From the IMG/VR virus record IMGVR_UViG_3300036770_008686, positions 32,001 through 96,000 of that record: a stretch of DNA of 64,000 bases. One strand, given 5' to 3'. Every line of letters begins with the position of its first letter. Position 1 is the stretch's first letter. Below, one piece after another: positions 46,449-55,135 of this stretch. The DNA comes from a virus. The position numbers were made by a program, and so were the translations under genes. The notes beneath the pieces were generated by a model, which did no database searches, was not told the origin of the DNA, and was given only the letters and a program-made list of their open reading frames with translations.

Positions 46449-47394
46449 AATCGTTTAAACACTCTTTAAACTTAAGCTTTTCTTCATCGGTCCAGTCCAA
46501 AGTTAATATATCAAATATTTCTTTTTCGTTAAAAGAACCAGACATTTTATAAGCACTTAAAATCGTTCTAGTACTTATACTTCTTTCAACTTTGCAATTT
46601 TTCCGAATATATTGCAGTTTAGAAGTAAGAGAAATGCTATCAGTAATTTCAAGTTCTAAATTTTCATCATAATCAATAAAAGTTTTACTGAGAGCAAATC
46701 TATCCAAAAATGCTTTGTCTAGAATTTCTCTTCCACTGTACTCGAAACTTCCGTGTCCCCAAGTGTTTGAAGCAACTACAAGATGAAAATTTTCATGTCT
46801 TTTTGCTACAGGGTTTTCTTTCCTATTAGGGATGGACATTTTACCATTAGCTATAGCAGAATTAATAACGAGCAAAACATTAGAATCTGCTGCGTCTATT
46901 TCATCTAAAAGAAAAACGCCACCATTTTCATATAAATCAACAAAGCTGGTAGGAATATAGGTGCCGTCTGCAACCATTCTACCTGTTAAGTGAGATTCAC
47001 TCATTCCAGCAGTACAACTAATATGAGAAAAACTTAAATCTAGTGCCTTGGAAAGTTGTTCGCTAAGATAGGTTTTTCCAGATCCAGTTGGGCCAGACAA
47101 CATTAGTTGTTTATGTATGCTCAAAAGGGTAAGAGCCTTATCAAAATCTCTATGTTGTCTACCTGTGAGGTTTACCTCTTTTTTATTCGGAAGAACAACA
47201 ATATAAGGCTGTAGGACTTTGGCCGCTTCTCTTATTTGCTTTTGAAAGTCTTCTTTGAGTTCAGGGATAAACTCTGGTAGATGTTTTTTTGTAGCCTTTT
47301 TAATCATCCCAACTATGGGAAGTTTAATATTAAGACTTCCTTGAACCACATCTTTGGTAATCTTTTCTTTTTTTCTATCTAAAGTTGTTTGCAT
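46432..47394 (-). CDS. MoxR-type AAA+ ATPase (CobS/CbbQ-like)
   Basis: GPTGSGKT, FLLDEID, ASNTWG, AFLDRF, STR. Confidence 0.9.
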   Translation of the reverse strand: MQTTLDRKKEKITKDVVQGSLNIKLPIVGMIKKATKKHLPEFIPELKEDFQKQIREAAKVLQPYIVVLPNKKEVNLTGRQHRDFDKALTLLSIHKQLMLSGPTGSGKTYLSEQLSKALDLSFSHISCTAGMSESHLTGRMVADGTYIPTSFVDLYENGGVFLLDEIDAADSNVLLVINSAIANGKMSIPNRKENPVAKRHENFHLVVASNTWGHGSFEYSGREILDKAFLDRFALSKTFIDYDENLELEITDSISLTSKLQYIRKNCKVERSISTRTILSAYKMSGSFNEKEIFDILTLDWTDEEKLKFKECLNDFEEAA

Positions 47395-47483
47395 TTTTAT
47401 ATTGATGTTATTAGAAATTATTCGTCACAATAGACTGTCGTACCGGTATTAATAATTTAATTACTTTTTTAATAAAATTAGAC

Positions 47484-48572
47484 TTAGTCATCATCGTCAT
47501 CGTCTTCGTCTTCGTCTTCATCTTCATCATCTTCATCATCTTCATCATCTTCATCATCTTCATCATCTTCGTCTTCATCTTCATCATCTTCATCATCTTC
47601 ATAGTCTTCGTCTTCTTCGTCTTCTTCGTCGTCATCGTCATAATCATCTTCATAGTCTTCATCTTCTTCGTCTTCATCGTCATCGTCATCGTCATAATCT
47701 TCATCGTCATAATCATCGTCATCGTCATCATCTTCTTCATCGTCATCATCTTCTTCATCATCGTAAAATACACTTAAATCTTCTTTTGTATTTTTAGATA
47801 AAAAATTGTATAATTTTTCATCTAAATCAAAACTACTAAAAATAGGTCCATTGTCGCAATCTTTGAACTCTCCGTGTGTAAATTGAAAAATTGGTTTTGA
47901 TTGTGAGTCTTGAACTATGTAAATAGGAAGATCGTTATAAGATTCGTGGGCACCGCCTTTAGGGTCGGCTGTGCACCAAGAAGTTCCTTTGCCATATTTA
48001 CATAAAAGTCTATGTCTTGAATTTAGTTTGTCTTTTTCAAAAGGAACAGCCTGAATCATGTACAGGGTATAGTCCTTGTTACTTGCCACAATTTTTAAGA
48101 GGTCTTTATCAGACTCTAATATTTCTCCTTTCTTTTTTAAAGAAATATTTTTTCTATAACTTAGTTTTTCCTCTTTTTTCTTATTTAAGAAAGAATCTAA
48201 AGATTCATATCCAAAAGCAAACCAACCAATCTTGCCTATATGAGACTTGTCAATAGTGTTAGAGCTTAACTTTGATTTTGAATCGTCTATACAATTAGAT
48301 ATAAAGTTTGTTTCAACACCAAAATCAGGATTAATCTTACTACAAATAATAACTCTTGATACAACTCCTAAACAAAAAACAAACCAATTATAACTCTTTA
48401 AATTTTTGCTATCCAATGTAGCAAAAATTAAATTTTCAAAAGAAGATAATTCAGATGAAATTTTATTGCCAGAATATAAAATATCAGTTATTTTTATATT
48501 TAAAATTGATTCGCTAGATTTTAGATCGTGCTTTTTAAAGCACTTCAAATTGTTTTTGAAAGTAAAGTCCAT
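47484..48572 (-). CDS. protein with a GTxWCT domain and a ~92-residue D/E tail
   Basis: YGKGTSWCTA...IYIV...IFQF; tail encoded at 47487-47762. Confidence 0.8.
   Translation of the reverse strand: MDFTFKNNLKCFKKHDLKSSESILNIKITDILYSGNKISSELSSFENLIFATLDSKNLKSYNWFVFCLGVVSRVIICSKINPDFGVETNFISNCIDDSKSKLSSNTIDKSHIGKIGWFAFGYESLDSFLNKKKEEKLSYRKNISLKKKGEILESDKDLLKIVASNKDYTLYMIQAVPFEKDKLNSRHRLLCKYGKGTSWCTADPKGGAHESYNDLPIYIVQDSQSKPIFQFTHGEFKDCDNGPIFSSFDLDEKLYNFLSKNTKEDLSVFYDDEEDDDDEEDDDDDDDYDDEDYDDDDDDEDEEDEDYEDDYDDDDEEDEEDEDYEDDEDDEDEDEDDEDDEDDEDDEDDEDEDEDEDDDDDD
47487..47762. repeat. GAY/GAR trinucleotide low-complexity tract encoding poly-Asp/Glu
   Basis: (tca/tcg/tct)n on the plus strand. Confidence 0.95.
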
Positions 48573-48614
48573 TTTAAATCAAAAATTATTTAAGAAAAAA
48601 AGCTTAAATTGCCA

Positions 48615-49133
48615 TTATTGTCCTTGAAAAAACCAATAGCCATAAACACAACGGGTTCCTCCCCTAGATGGGTCATGATTATCGTATATAACCCCGTCAA
48701 CTACAGCAACAAGATGCTTGCTTACACTAACCACAAGCCTCCCTGTGGGTAGTTCTTCTTTCTTGAGATGAACTTTACAACCACTTCCCACAGCCATAGT
48801 CGGAACCCAAGTCCAACCTATGCTTTGCATATATTTTTTTATAGTTTGCTTATAAACGCCAGTGTTTGAACTACTTCTTTTTTTACCTTTTCTAGGGCGT
48901 TCGCTTTTAGCTAAATAATTCAAGGAATCATAAACTTCTTGGTAGTCTTTTTGAGTGGCTATGCTTATAGCTCTACAAACACAATCACCAGAATCTTTTG
49001 CTTTATACCCAGCATCAACTCTTCCGCCGTCTGTTATAATGATTTTCATAATTAAAAGTCTAATTGCAGAAGTTTTCAACCCTGCCACATTGGCATTAAA
49101 CTTTTCCTTGTGCCAATATGGCAGAAAAATCAC
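48615..49133 (-). CDS. papain-fold (C39-like) putative peptidase
   Basis: GDCVCRAISIAT (Cys), KHLVAV.DG...D (His/Asp); real start probably MKIIIT. Confidence 0.55.
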   Translation of the reverse strand: MIFLPYWHKEKFNANVAGLKTSAIRLLIMKIIITDGGRVDAGYKAKDSGDCVCRAISIATQKDYQEVYDSLNYLAKSERPRKGKKRSSSNTGVYKQTIKKYMQSIGWTWVPTMAVGSGCKVHLKKEELPTGRLVVSVSKHLVAVVDGVIYDNHDPSRGGTRCVYGYWFFQGQ

Positions 49134-50464
49134 TCTTTAAACAATATTTCTTTTTCTCTTAATATCTGAACAACAGAGTTGTAGTGTTGTTTGTTCTTTA
49201 CTGGGTGATTTTGTTTTTCAACAAACTGGATGATTCTGCCCCTAGAGACTTCTACGTTATAAAGCATTTGATTTGTGGCACAATCCATAACAGCAAACAC
49301 AGCAGTCTCTCCTTTCTTGACTTTTTGAGCATAGGTTGCAATGCAATTGCTCATTATGCTAGACCATTCTTTGAGGTCGTGACTACTGGTAGGTATTAAG
49401 AACCTAAGGTTACCAACCTCTAAATCATGCAATGCAAAAAGCTTTTCAAAATTAGTTTCTATAGAAAGAGAAATAGCAGGATCTTGCAATCTCATGTATT
49501 CTCTTCTAACATAGTCGTAAATTTCTCTGCACGAAGTTGCTATCTCTATATTTTGAATATTGAAATTAAGACCAATCTTAATTTGACTATAATATTCAGC
49601 GATGTCGATTAAAACATGATCATTTTCTGCACTTCTTAATAGATTTATTATCTTCTTTTGACTATATTTGCCATTCTTTTCGATACTAAAATCTTTTAGA
49701 AATTGGTTGATCTTAACATAGGCGTCCAAGCCAACGTTGTTTGTTGGAACTTTAAATGTTCCTTCCTCAATAAGACCGTATATATTGTCGGGTTGAAGAA
49801 TATCTCTTAGTGCTTCGCCAACCAACAAAAAATTGTAATCGAAAAAGTTATTTTCTGGATTAAAAATATTTTTAATAGCAAACTTTTTAAGCTTTTTGGC
49901 AGTAAAACCAAAAGATTCAACAAGTATATCGTCGAGAGATTTTCTACTTCTAAAAAGCTCCAAATACTTGTTTGGACAATTGGCCACATTGTAAAAATGA
50001 ATATTACTCTGGCCAATATTTTTCTTGTTTAATATACTAATGCTTTGATCTATAGAAGAGTCAAAATAAACAAGATAAAAGCCATCCTCAGTAATTGGAT
50101 ACGCATTTTTTTGAATAAGAGCATGAAGCATTTCACCAGCAGAATCATTATCCATTCTGGTCTTCATGTTGAACCAGAAATTAAAGAGACTTTTGAATAC
50201 CCAGTTATCCTCTTTAATAGCTAGGAACTGGTTTCCTAAGATAGAAGGAATAGGTTCGTCTTTGTAACAAACAAGGCCGTCTCTTACCACAAAGCCATCT
50301 TTGTTAAGATTTTTTGAAGGATCTATTTCTGACTCTATAGAGTCATACTTTTTTTCGCTGATTAGCTTTTTAATTTTTTCGTATCTATAGTCATCTTTGC
50401 TTATAGTGTAAGTCTTACCAGAAAAATTTACTATAATAGAATTTTTTAATATATAGTACTTCAT
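49130..50464 (-). CDS. RIIB N-terminal domain fused to a PcfJ-like C-terminal domain
   Basis: G.TY.I...GLVCY...NFW.N...ITEDGFYLVY (RIIB-like); P.S..DL.EW...MSNCIATY...V..G (PcfJ-like); downstream of rIIA. Confidence 0.7.
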   Translation of the reverse strand: MKYYILKNSIIVNFSGKTYTISKDDYRYEKIKKLISEKKYDSIESEIDPSKNLNKDGFVVRDGLVCYKDEPIPSILGNQFLAIKEDNWVFKSLFNFWFNMKTRMDNDSAGEMLHALIQKNAYPITEDGFYLVYFDSSIDQSISILNKKNIGQSNIHFYNVANCPNKYLELFRSRKSLDDILVESFGFTAKKLKKFAIKNIFNPENNFFDYNFLLVGEALRDILQPDNIYGLIEEGTFKVPTNNVGLDAYVKINQFLKDFSIEKNGKYSQKKIINLLRSAENDHVLIDIAEYYSQIKIGLNFNIQNIEIATSCREIYDYVRREYMRLQDPAISLSIETNFEKLFALHDLEVGNLRFLIPTSSHDLKEWSSIMSNCIATYAQKVKKGETAVFAVMDCATNQMLYNVEVSRGRIIQFVEKQNHPVKNKQHYNSVVQILREKEILFKE

Positions 50465-50754
50465 TTATCTAAGCCTTTGTACTTAATATACAATAGTATT
50501 TCGTTTTTGAAATCCTCTTCTTTAAAGAGTCTTGCAAAATCTCTCAATCCAAAAAGTAATTTATACTTTTCTTGTATTTTATTAAAATCTTTATTTATTT
50601 GTTCAACAAGCTTTTCGACTATATCTAATTGCTCAAAAATATCTTCAAAATCTTGATTGCCCGAAACCTCTTTTCTAAGACTAGATTTCAAGTACTGGAC
50701 GAGTTCTGCTTTATAGGCGTTTGAGTAATCAGAGTTAGAATTTAAAGCATACAT
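50461..50754 (-). CDS. hypothetical protein between rIIA and the rIIB-like gene
   Basis: 97 aa, coupled on both sides. Confidence 0.65.
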   Translation of the reverse strand: MYALNSNSDYSNAYKAELVQYLKSSLRKEVSGNQDFEDIFEQLDIVEKLVEQINKDFNKIQEKYKLLFGLRDFARLFKEEDFKNEILLYIKYKGLDK

Positions 50755-52961
50755 TATCGGTTCGACCTACTCTTACTGTTTATGTAGAAAATAATTTCTT
50801 TGATCATGGTATCATCTCTTCTATTGCCATAATTAAATGAATAGCTATAGCTGTGAAATTGGGAAAGATGCTTAATTAAAGGATACTTTTCCAGTATGCT
50901 TTGCTTAAGTTGCTCTATTTTATCTTTCTGCAATTTAGCTTTGCTAAAAGCTTCATACAAGTCTAATATTCTTTCGGGAATATCAACATGGTTATTTGCG
51001 TTATTTTGTTTCTGAGGAATTGCTGAGAAATATTTTTTAATATTTTCGCAAACAATTTCTCCAACATATTTTCTTAAAACCTCTAAGGAGCCATCTTCAG
51101 TATTGTTGAAGTGATTTCTGATTACATCGTCCGAAATCTGTATATGCTGAGGAAAGTTCTCGATTAGGGTGCAATATTCTATGGTGTTGTCCAGCAAACA
51201 AAGAACTTCATATTCTTTTTTACTACACTTCACAACCTCCATATTTTTGCCCTGACTGTATATGAACTTAAGATTTTGATAAAAATCAGAGTTATCAAGT
51301 TCATACATGGGATCGCTACTAAAGGGAACTATTACATAGGTCTTTTCTGATTCAACAAGTTCTTCTAAACTAATATCAACCTTAGAATCAACTTCTACTT
51401 TGTTAGAGTATCTTTGACCATTAGGAATAAGCTTCCTCAAAGTAACACTGCCGGCTTCTTTTTTGGGTTTAGCCGGAGTTTTTGCAACCTCTACTTCAGA
51501 TATATACCTTGCTTTAACAAAGTTAACAAAAGGAACGGGATTTGCAATCCTATTAATATAGTAAACGGTTCCAGGATATGACCCATTTACACTATCGGGT
51601 TGTCTTGCAAGAAGAATGCTTCTAATTTTTTCTTTAAAAGCAAGCTCTGAAATAAAATTGGCTGGCAAATCGTTAATTACAAAGAATATGTCATTTATGT
51701 CTCTATTGCTAATGTTGATAATTGCATTGTCTGTTCTTTTCAGAACATGCCTAGACTTTTGCTTGTCAAGAAAAAATTGACTAACTTCATTTATGGAGGG
51801 AGAAGTAAGTTGTCCGTTCTTAACACTATACTTTATACCATCTTTAGTGAAAGTACATTCTTCATTGTTTCTTGCAAAATTTTCATCTTTGAAACCGGGC
51901 ACTTGATTAAGATGAAAAATTTGTTTGCACTTATTGATCTTTTCAACATATTCAGTTATAGAAGTAGGCTCTGCTTTGAAAAAGTTGTTTACGTGATCTG
52001 CCAAAAGAGAATTTACATCTTTACAAAGCTGATTTACTTTGGCTTTGCTACTATCCTTATCAGATATACTCTCTCTAGTAGCACTAACTTCCAGAACACC
52101 ATTATCTACTTCAATAAAATTGATAGAATTAGGAGCAGAAGTAGAGTTTCTAAGTTTCTCAACTTCTGGGCATTCTCTTAAAAATTTGTTGATACTATAA
52201 GGAATTTTGTCAATTAAAACAAAAATTTCTGCATTGTGTGCATCGAACAGTCTCTTAACAAGATCTGTTTTGTTCAGCAAAAGCCAATTCTTTTCTTTTG
52301 CTATAATATTTGTTTCTAAGTTAGTGTAGTCCTTTGGAATCTCAATTTCGGTAATACCCTTGAGGTCGGGCTTTACATCCCAAAAGAATGTACAACGATA
52401 AACTGCATTTACAAAGAATTCAATATCGGACTCTTTAACTGGTATTTGTATTTCTACGCCATTTTTCTCAGACGTATTTTCCTCGTTTATAAGCTCAAGA
52501 GTGCCATTGCTATTCTTACCTGTATGGGCGGCATAGGTTCGAGCGACACCATCATGGTAGCTAACAACAACAAAGCTGTCTGTGTATGCCCAAGCACTTT
52601 TTGCACCAATACCAAACCCACCAGTTTGGATGTTATCTTTTCTTTTTGTGCTACTTCCATAGTTCACAAAAACATCTTTTACCCTATCAGGGCTTAATCC
52701 AACCCCATAGTCTCTAATCTTAAGTGTGCTTTCCAACTTAGTAGGCAATGTGACACAAAGAGGGGTGTTTTCTCTTCCAGCCTCTCTGTGACTATCTCTG
52801 CCGTTGCACAAGTATTCTTGTGTAAGGGTCCTAATTGGATTAGAGTAAAGCCTATTTCTTAGAATGTCAATAATGGTGCTAACATCACCAATTCCGAAAT
52901 CCATGCTTTGCATGTCAGAGTTGTTTGTATCAACATTACTATGTTCGGTATTTATTTTCAC
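50754..52961 (-). CDS. rIIA: RIIA-like protein (GHKL/Hsp90-type ATPase N-terminus)
   Basis: LYSNPIR...QEYLCNGRDSH, IRDYGVGLS, STK...TGGFGIGAKS..AYTDSF.V.S...G. Confidence 0.85.
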   Translation of the reverse strand: MKINTEHSNVDTNNSDMQSMDFGIGDVSTIIDILRNRLYSNPIRTLTQEYLCNGRDSHREAGRENTPLCVTLPTKLESTLKIRDYGVGLSPDRVKDVFVNYGSSTKRKDNIQTGGFGIGAKSAWAYTDSFVVVSYHDGVARTYAAHTGKNSNGTLELINEENTSEKNGVEIQIPVKESDIEFFVNAVYRCTFFWDVKPDLKGITEIEIPKDYTNLETNIIAKEKNWLLLNKTDLVKRLFDAHNAEIFVLIDKIPYSINKFLRECPEVEKLRNSTSAPNSINFIEVDNGVLEVSATRESISDKDSSKAKVNQLCKDVNSLLADHVNNFFKAEPTSITEYVEKINKCKQIFHLNQVPGFKDENFARNNEECTFTKDGIKYSVKNGQLTSPSINEVSQFFLDKQKSRHVLKRTDNAIINISNRDINDIFFVINDLPANFISELAFKEKIRSILLARQPDSVNGSYPGTVYYINRIANPVPFVNFVKARYISEVEVAKTPAKPKKEAGSVTLRKLIPNGQRYSNKVEVDSKVDISLEELVESEKTYVIVPFSSDPMYELDNSDFYQNLKFIYSQGKNMEVVKCSKKEYEVLCLLDNTIEYCTLIENFPQHIQISDDVIRNHFNNTEDGSLEVLRKYVGEIVCENIKKYFSAIPQKQNNANNHVDIPERILDLYEAFSKAKLQKDKIEQLKQSILEKYPLIKHLSQFHSYSYSFNYGNRRDDTMIKEIIFYINSKSRSNR

Positions 52962-53149
52962 TTTTATATCCTTTGTTTTATTGTTTGCGAATCAAATCTT
53001 TCACGTACCGAGTGAGAGGATTTTATTTTTTTTAAATTTCCTCAAACACCATTATAGCGAATCCTCGAGTTTTTTGTTTTCAAATAAAAACTTGATTTTA
53101 TTTTTTTGTAAATTATAATAAGAAGGGGCTAAGAAATAAAAAAACAAAA

Positions 53150-53575
53150 ATGAAAAAACTAAACAACAAAGAACTAGAGAGCTTTGCAAAAGAAATAAGA
53201 AAAGTAATATTCAAAAACTTAAAAGAAGAAGAAGATGAAAAACAAATCAAAAATTTAGAATTAAAAAGAGTTCACAATATAATACTTGAAAAATTGAAAA
53301 AAGTAAAATTATTTAATAAAAACATGGAAGAAATATTAACAGTAAATGAGTCTGTGCTTATAATCAAAAATTATGCCGAACGTGCAGATGAAAACACTTG
53401 GTTGATAAACGACTCAGAAAAAACTTGTGCCAAAATTGCACAAGATATTTTCTCAAGAATTATCAATAACACTTTATCTAAATTAAGCAGCGAAGGACTA
53501 TTAGAATGTCACTATGATTCAGAAGAAAATGACTTTATATTTAATGTTAAAGAAACCAAAGAAACTACTGACTAA
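53150..53575 (+). CDS. hypothetical protein
   Basis: 141 aa ORF. Confidence 0.65.
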   Translation: MKKLNNKELESFAKEIRKVIFKNLKEEEDEKQIKNLELKRVHNIILEKLKKVKLFNKNMEEILTVNESVLIIKNYAERADENTWLINDSEKTCAKIAQDIFSRIINNTLSKLSSEGLLECHYDSEENDFIFNVKETKETTD

Positions 53576-54575
53576 TAATTTCCATACATTCTTCTGTCTC
53601 GTTTTCAAATAACTTTTCAAAAAAGTTTTCAATAGAATCCGGGTCTAACAAACTAATTTTCATAACATACTCTGGTATGGTTTCTTTGGTTTCTTCTTTA
53701 TAATGCTTGTAAAAAGAAAGAAGTCTTCTCCAAACTTCTGAACTAATTTGTATGTATCTTGGTTCATCCACTCTTTTATCACTAAACTGATAAACTAATT
53801 CGAGAGTCTCGGCTGGAATGTTCTGCAGCCCATGCAAGCAAATGCACTCCATTCCACCTTTAACCATTTCTTGGCATAAAACAACAAAAGTTTTGGCGTT
53901 GCATACGACTTTTGGGTTTTCGCTTCCCTCTTCATATTCTACTTTGGAGCTACCAATGGCAATGTTTCCAGAAAAATCTTCATCAGAGACAAATCTTGAA
54001 TAATCTATCTTCCAGTAAGAACTAACAGTTCCCACGCTAAGAGAATCATAAAGAGGAATAATGTCGGGAATTATCTTTTGTAGTTCGTCCTTGACCAAAT
54101 GATGCAAGGTATAAAAAGCATGTATGCTAGCACCCTGTATAATGCAGTTTAGCAATATTCTCTTGTTAATTAACTTTTGAGTCTCTTTGTCTAGATTGCT
54201 ATAGGCAACCTTTTCCTTGTTTTCGGTTTTGTTAAGATCTACATCATCTCCATTTAGATCAACATCTAAAATGTCTTCTGGTATTCCAAAAGACTCATAG
54301 ACTGCTTTTTTGGCCAGTTTCTCAAGTTCTTCTTTGTGGCCGAACTCTTTTTCAATTATATTGTGAAAAACTTGGCTTTGATAAGAAATATCAGTATTAA
54401 TTCCAAGCTTTTCAGATCTTTCTTTTACGAAATCGTATGAATTTTTACTTAAATTGTTTCCAAAATAAACAAGATTACGATTTTTCTTAAACACATGAAA
54501 GGGAGAATCGCCTTTACGGAGATTCAACCAAAAGTTTCTAATACCAGGATTAACATGCAGACTATTTTCGTACAT
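53565..54575 (-). CDS. conserved large-phage hypothetical protein
   Basis: 336 aa; KRILLNCIIQGA...LCQEMVKG...DEPRYI. Confidence 0.7.
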   Translation of the reverse strand: MYENSLHVNPGIRNFWLNLRKGDSPFHVFKKNRNLVYFGNNLSKNSYDFVKERSEKLGINTDISYQSQVFHNIIEKEFGHKEELEKLAKKAVYESFGIPEDILDVDLNGDDVDLNKTENKEKVAYSNLDKETQKLINKRILLNCIIQGASIHAFYTLHHLVKDELQKIIPDIIPLYDSLSVGTVSSYWKIDYSRFVSDEDFSGNIAIGSSKVEYEEGSENPKVVCNAKTFVVLCQEMVKGGMECICLHGLQNIPAETLELVYQFSDKRVDEPRYIQISSEVWRRLLSFYKHYKEETKETIPEYVMKISLLDPDSIENFFEKLFENETEECMEIISQ

Positions 54576-54684
54576 TTTTAGGCTCAGGCATCACAGAAGG
54601 TTTTGGACTCTTAAATGGATCTTGTTTAGGAGGACTCTTTTCAGGAGTTTTTACAGGCGTTTTTACTGGCATTGTTGTGGGCAT
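54562..54684 (-). CDS. 40-aa Pro/Lys-rich peptide, possibly the frameshifted N-terminus of 53565..54575
   Basis: MPTTMPVKTPVKTPEKSPPKQDPFKSPKPSVMPEPK; GGAGAA RBS. Confidence 0.55.
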   Translation of the reverse strand: MPTTMPVKTPVKTPEKSPPKQDPFKSPKPSVMPEPKNVRK

Positions 54685-54745
54685 TTTATTTTCTCCGATG
54701 GACCAAAAACGTACCGAGTTTATTTTTTTATTTTTAGTCAAATAA

Positions 54746-54791
54746 GCCACAACCCTCTTTAGGTGTTAACTTCTCTAAAGAGGGTTGTGGC
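54746..54791 (-). terminator. intrinsic terminator of the second HTH gene
   Basis: 17-bp stem gccacaaccctctttag/ctaaagagggttgtggc. Confidence 0.8.
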
Positions 54792-54802
54792 AAAAGAACA
54801 AA

Positions 54803-55054
54803 CTATTTATTTTTCTTTAGGGTCTCTAATATTTTTTTTGCTTTTTCTACAATATTAGATTCTCTTCCCTTAGAAAAACTTCTTAGTTCAACTCCGCCTT
54901 TTTTAAGTTTATTAGCACGTATACTCACCGCACTGGGTTTAATTCCAAGAAAATTCGCAACGTCAGACACTTTCGCAAAGCTCTCATTTTGATATGCCTC
55001 GAGAAATTTTTCAAGAGAAACATTCTTCTTACCAGACTTTTTTGTAGTAGCCAT
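54803..55054 (-). CDS. small HTH DNA-binding protein (paralog of 13997..14275)
   Basis: VSLEKFLE...VSDVANFLGIKPSAVSIRANKLKK.GVEL...AKKILE. Confidence 0.7.
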   Translation of the reverse strand: MATTKKSGKKNVSLEKFLEAYQNESFAKVSDVANFLGIKPSAVSIRANKLKKGGVELRSFSKGRESNIVEKAKKILETLKKNK

Positions 55055-55107
55055 TTCAACGCTTTCCTTTTTCTAGGGAACTTGTTCACAACGTGTGAAC
55101 TCAAAAA

Positions 55108-55135
55108 ATACTATGCTTGGGTCCCGTAATGTCAA
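55108..55135 (-). promoter_or_regulatory. sigma70-type promoter TTGACA-16-TAGTAT
   Basis: -35 at 55130-55135, -10 at 55108-55113. Confidence 0.7.

Noticed and set aside
47411-47773. Met/Lys/Thr repeat ORF
   Set aside because: Frame shadow of the poly-Asp/Glu codon tract.
4012-54741. Fixed -35 partner for GGTACG
   Set aside because: TTGACT or TTGAAA lies 20 nt upstream at 54710 and 14347 but not at most other sites.
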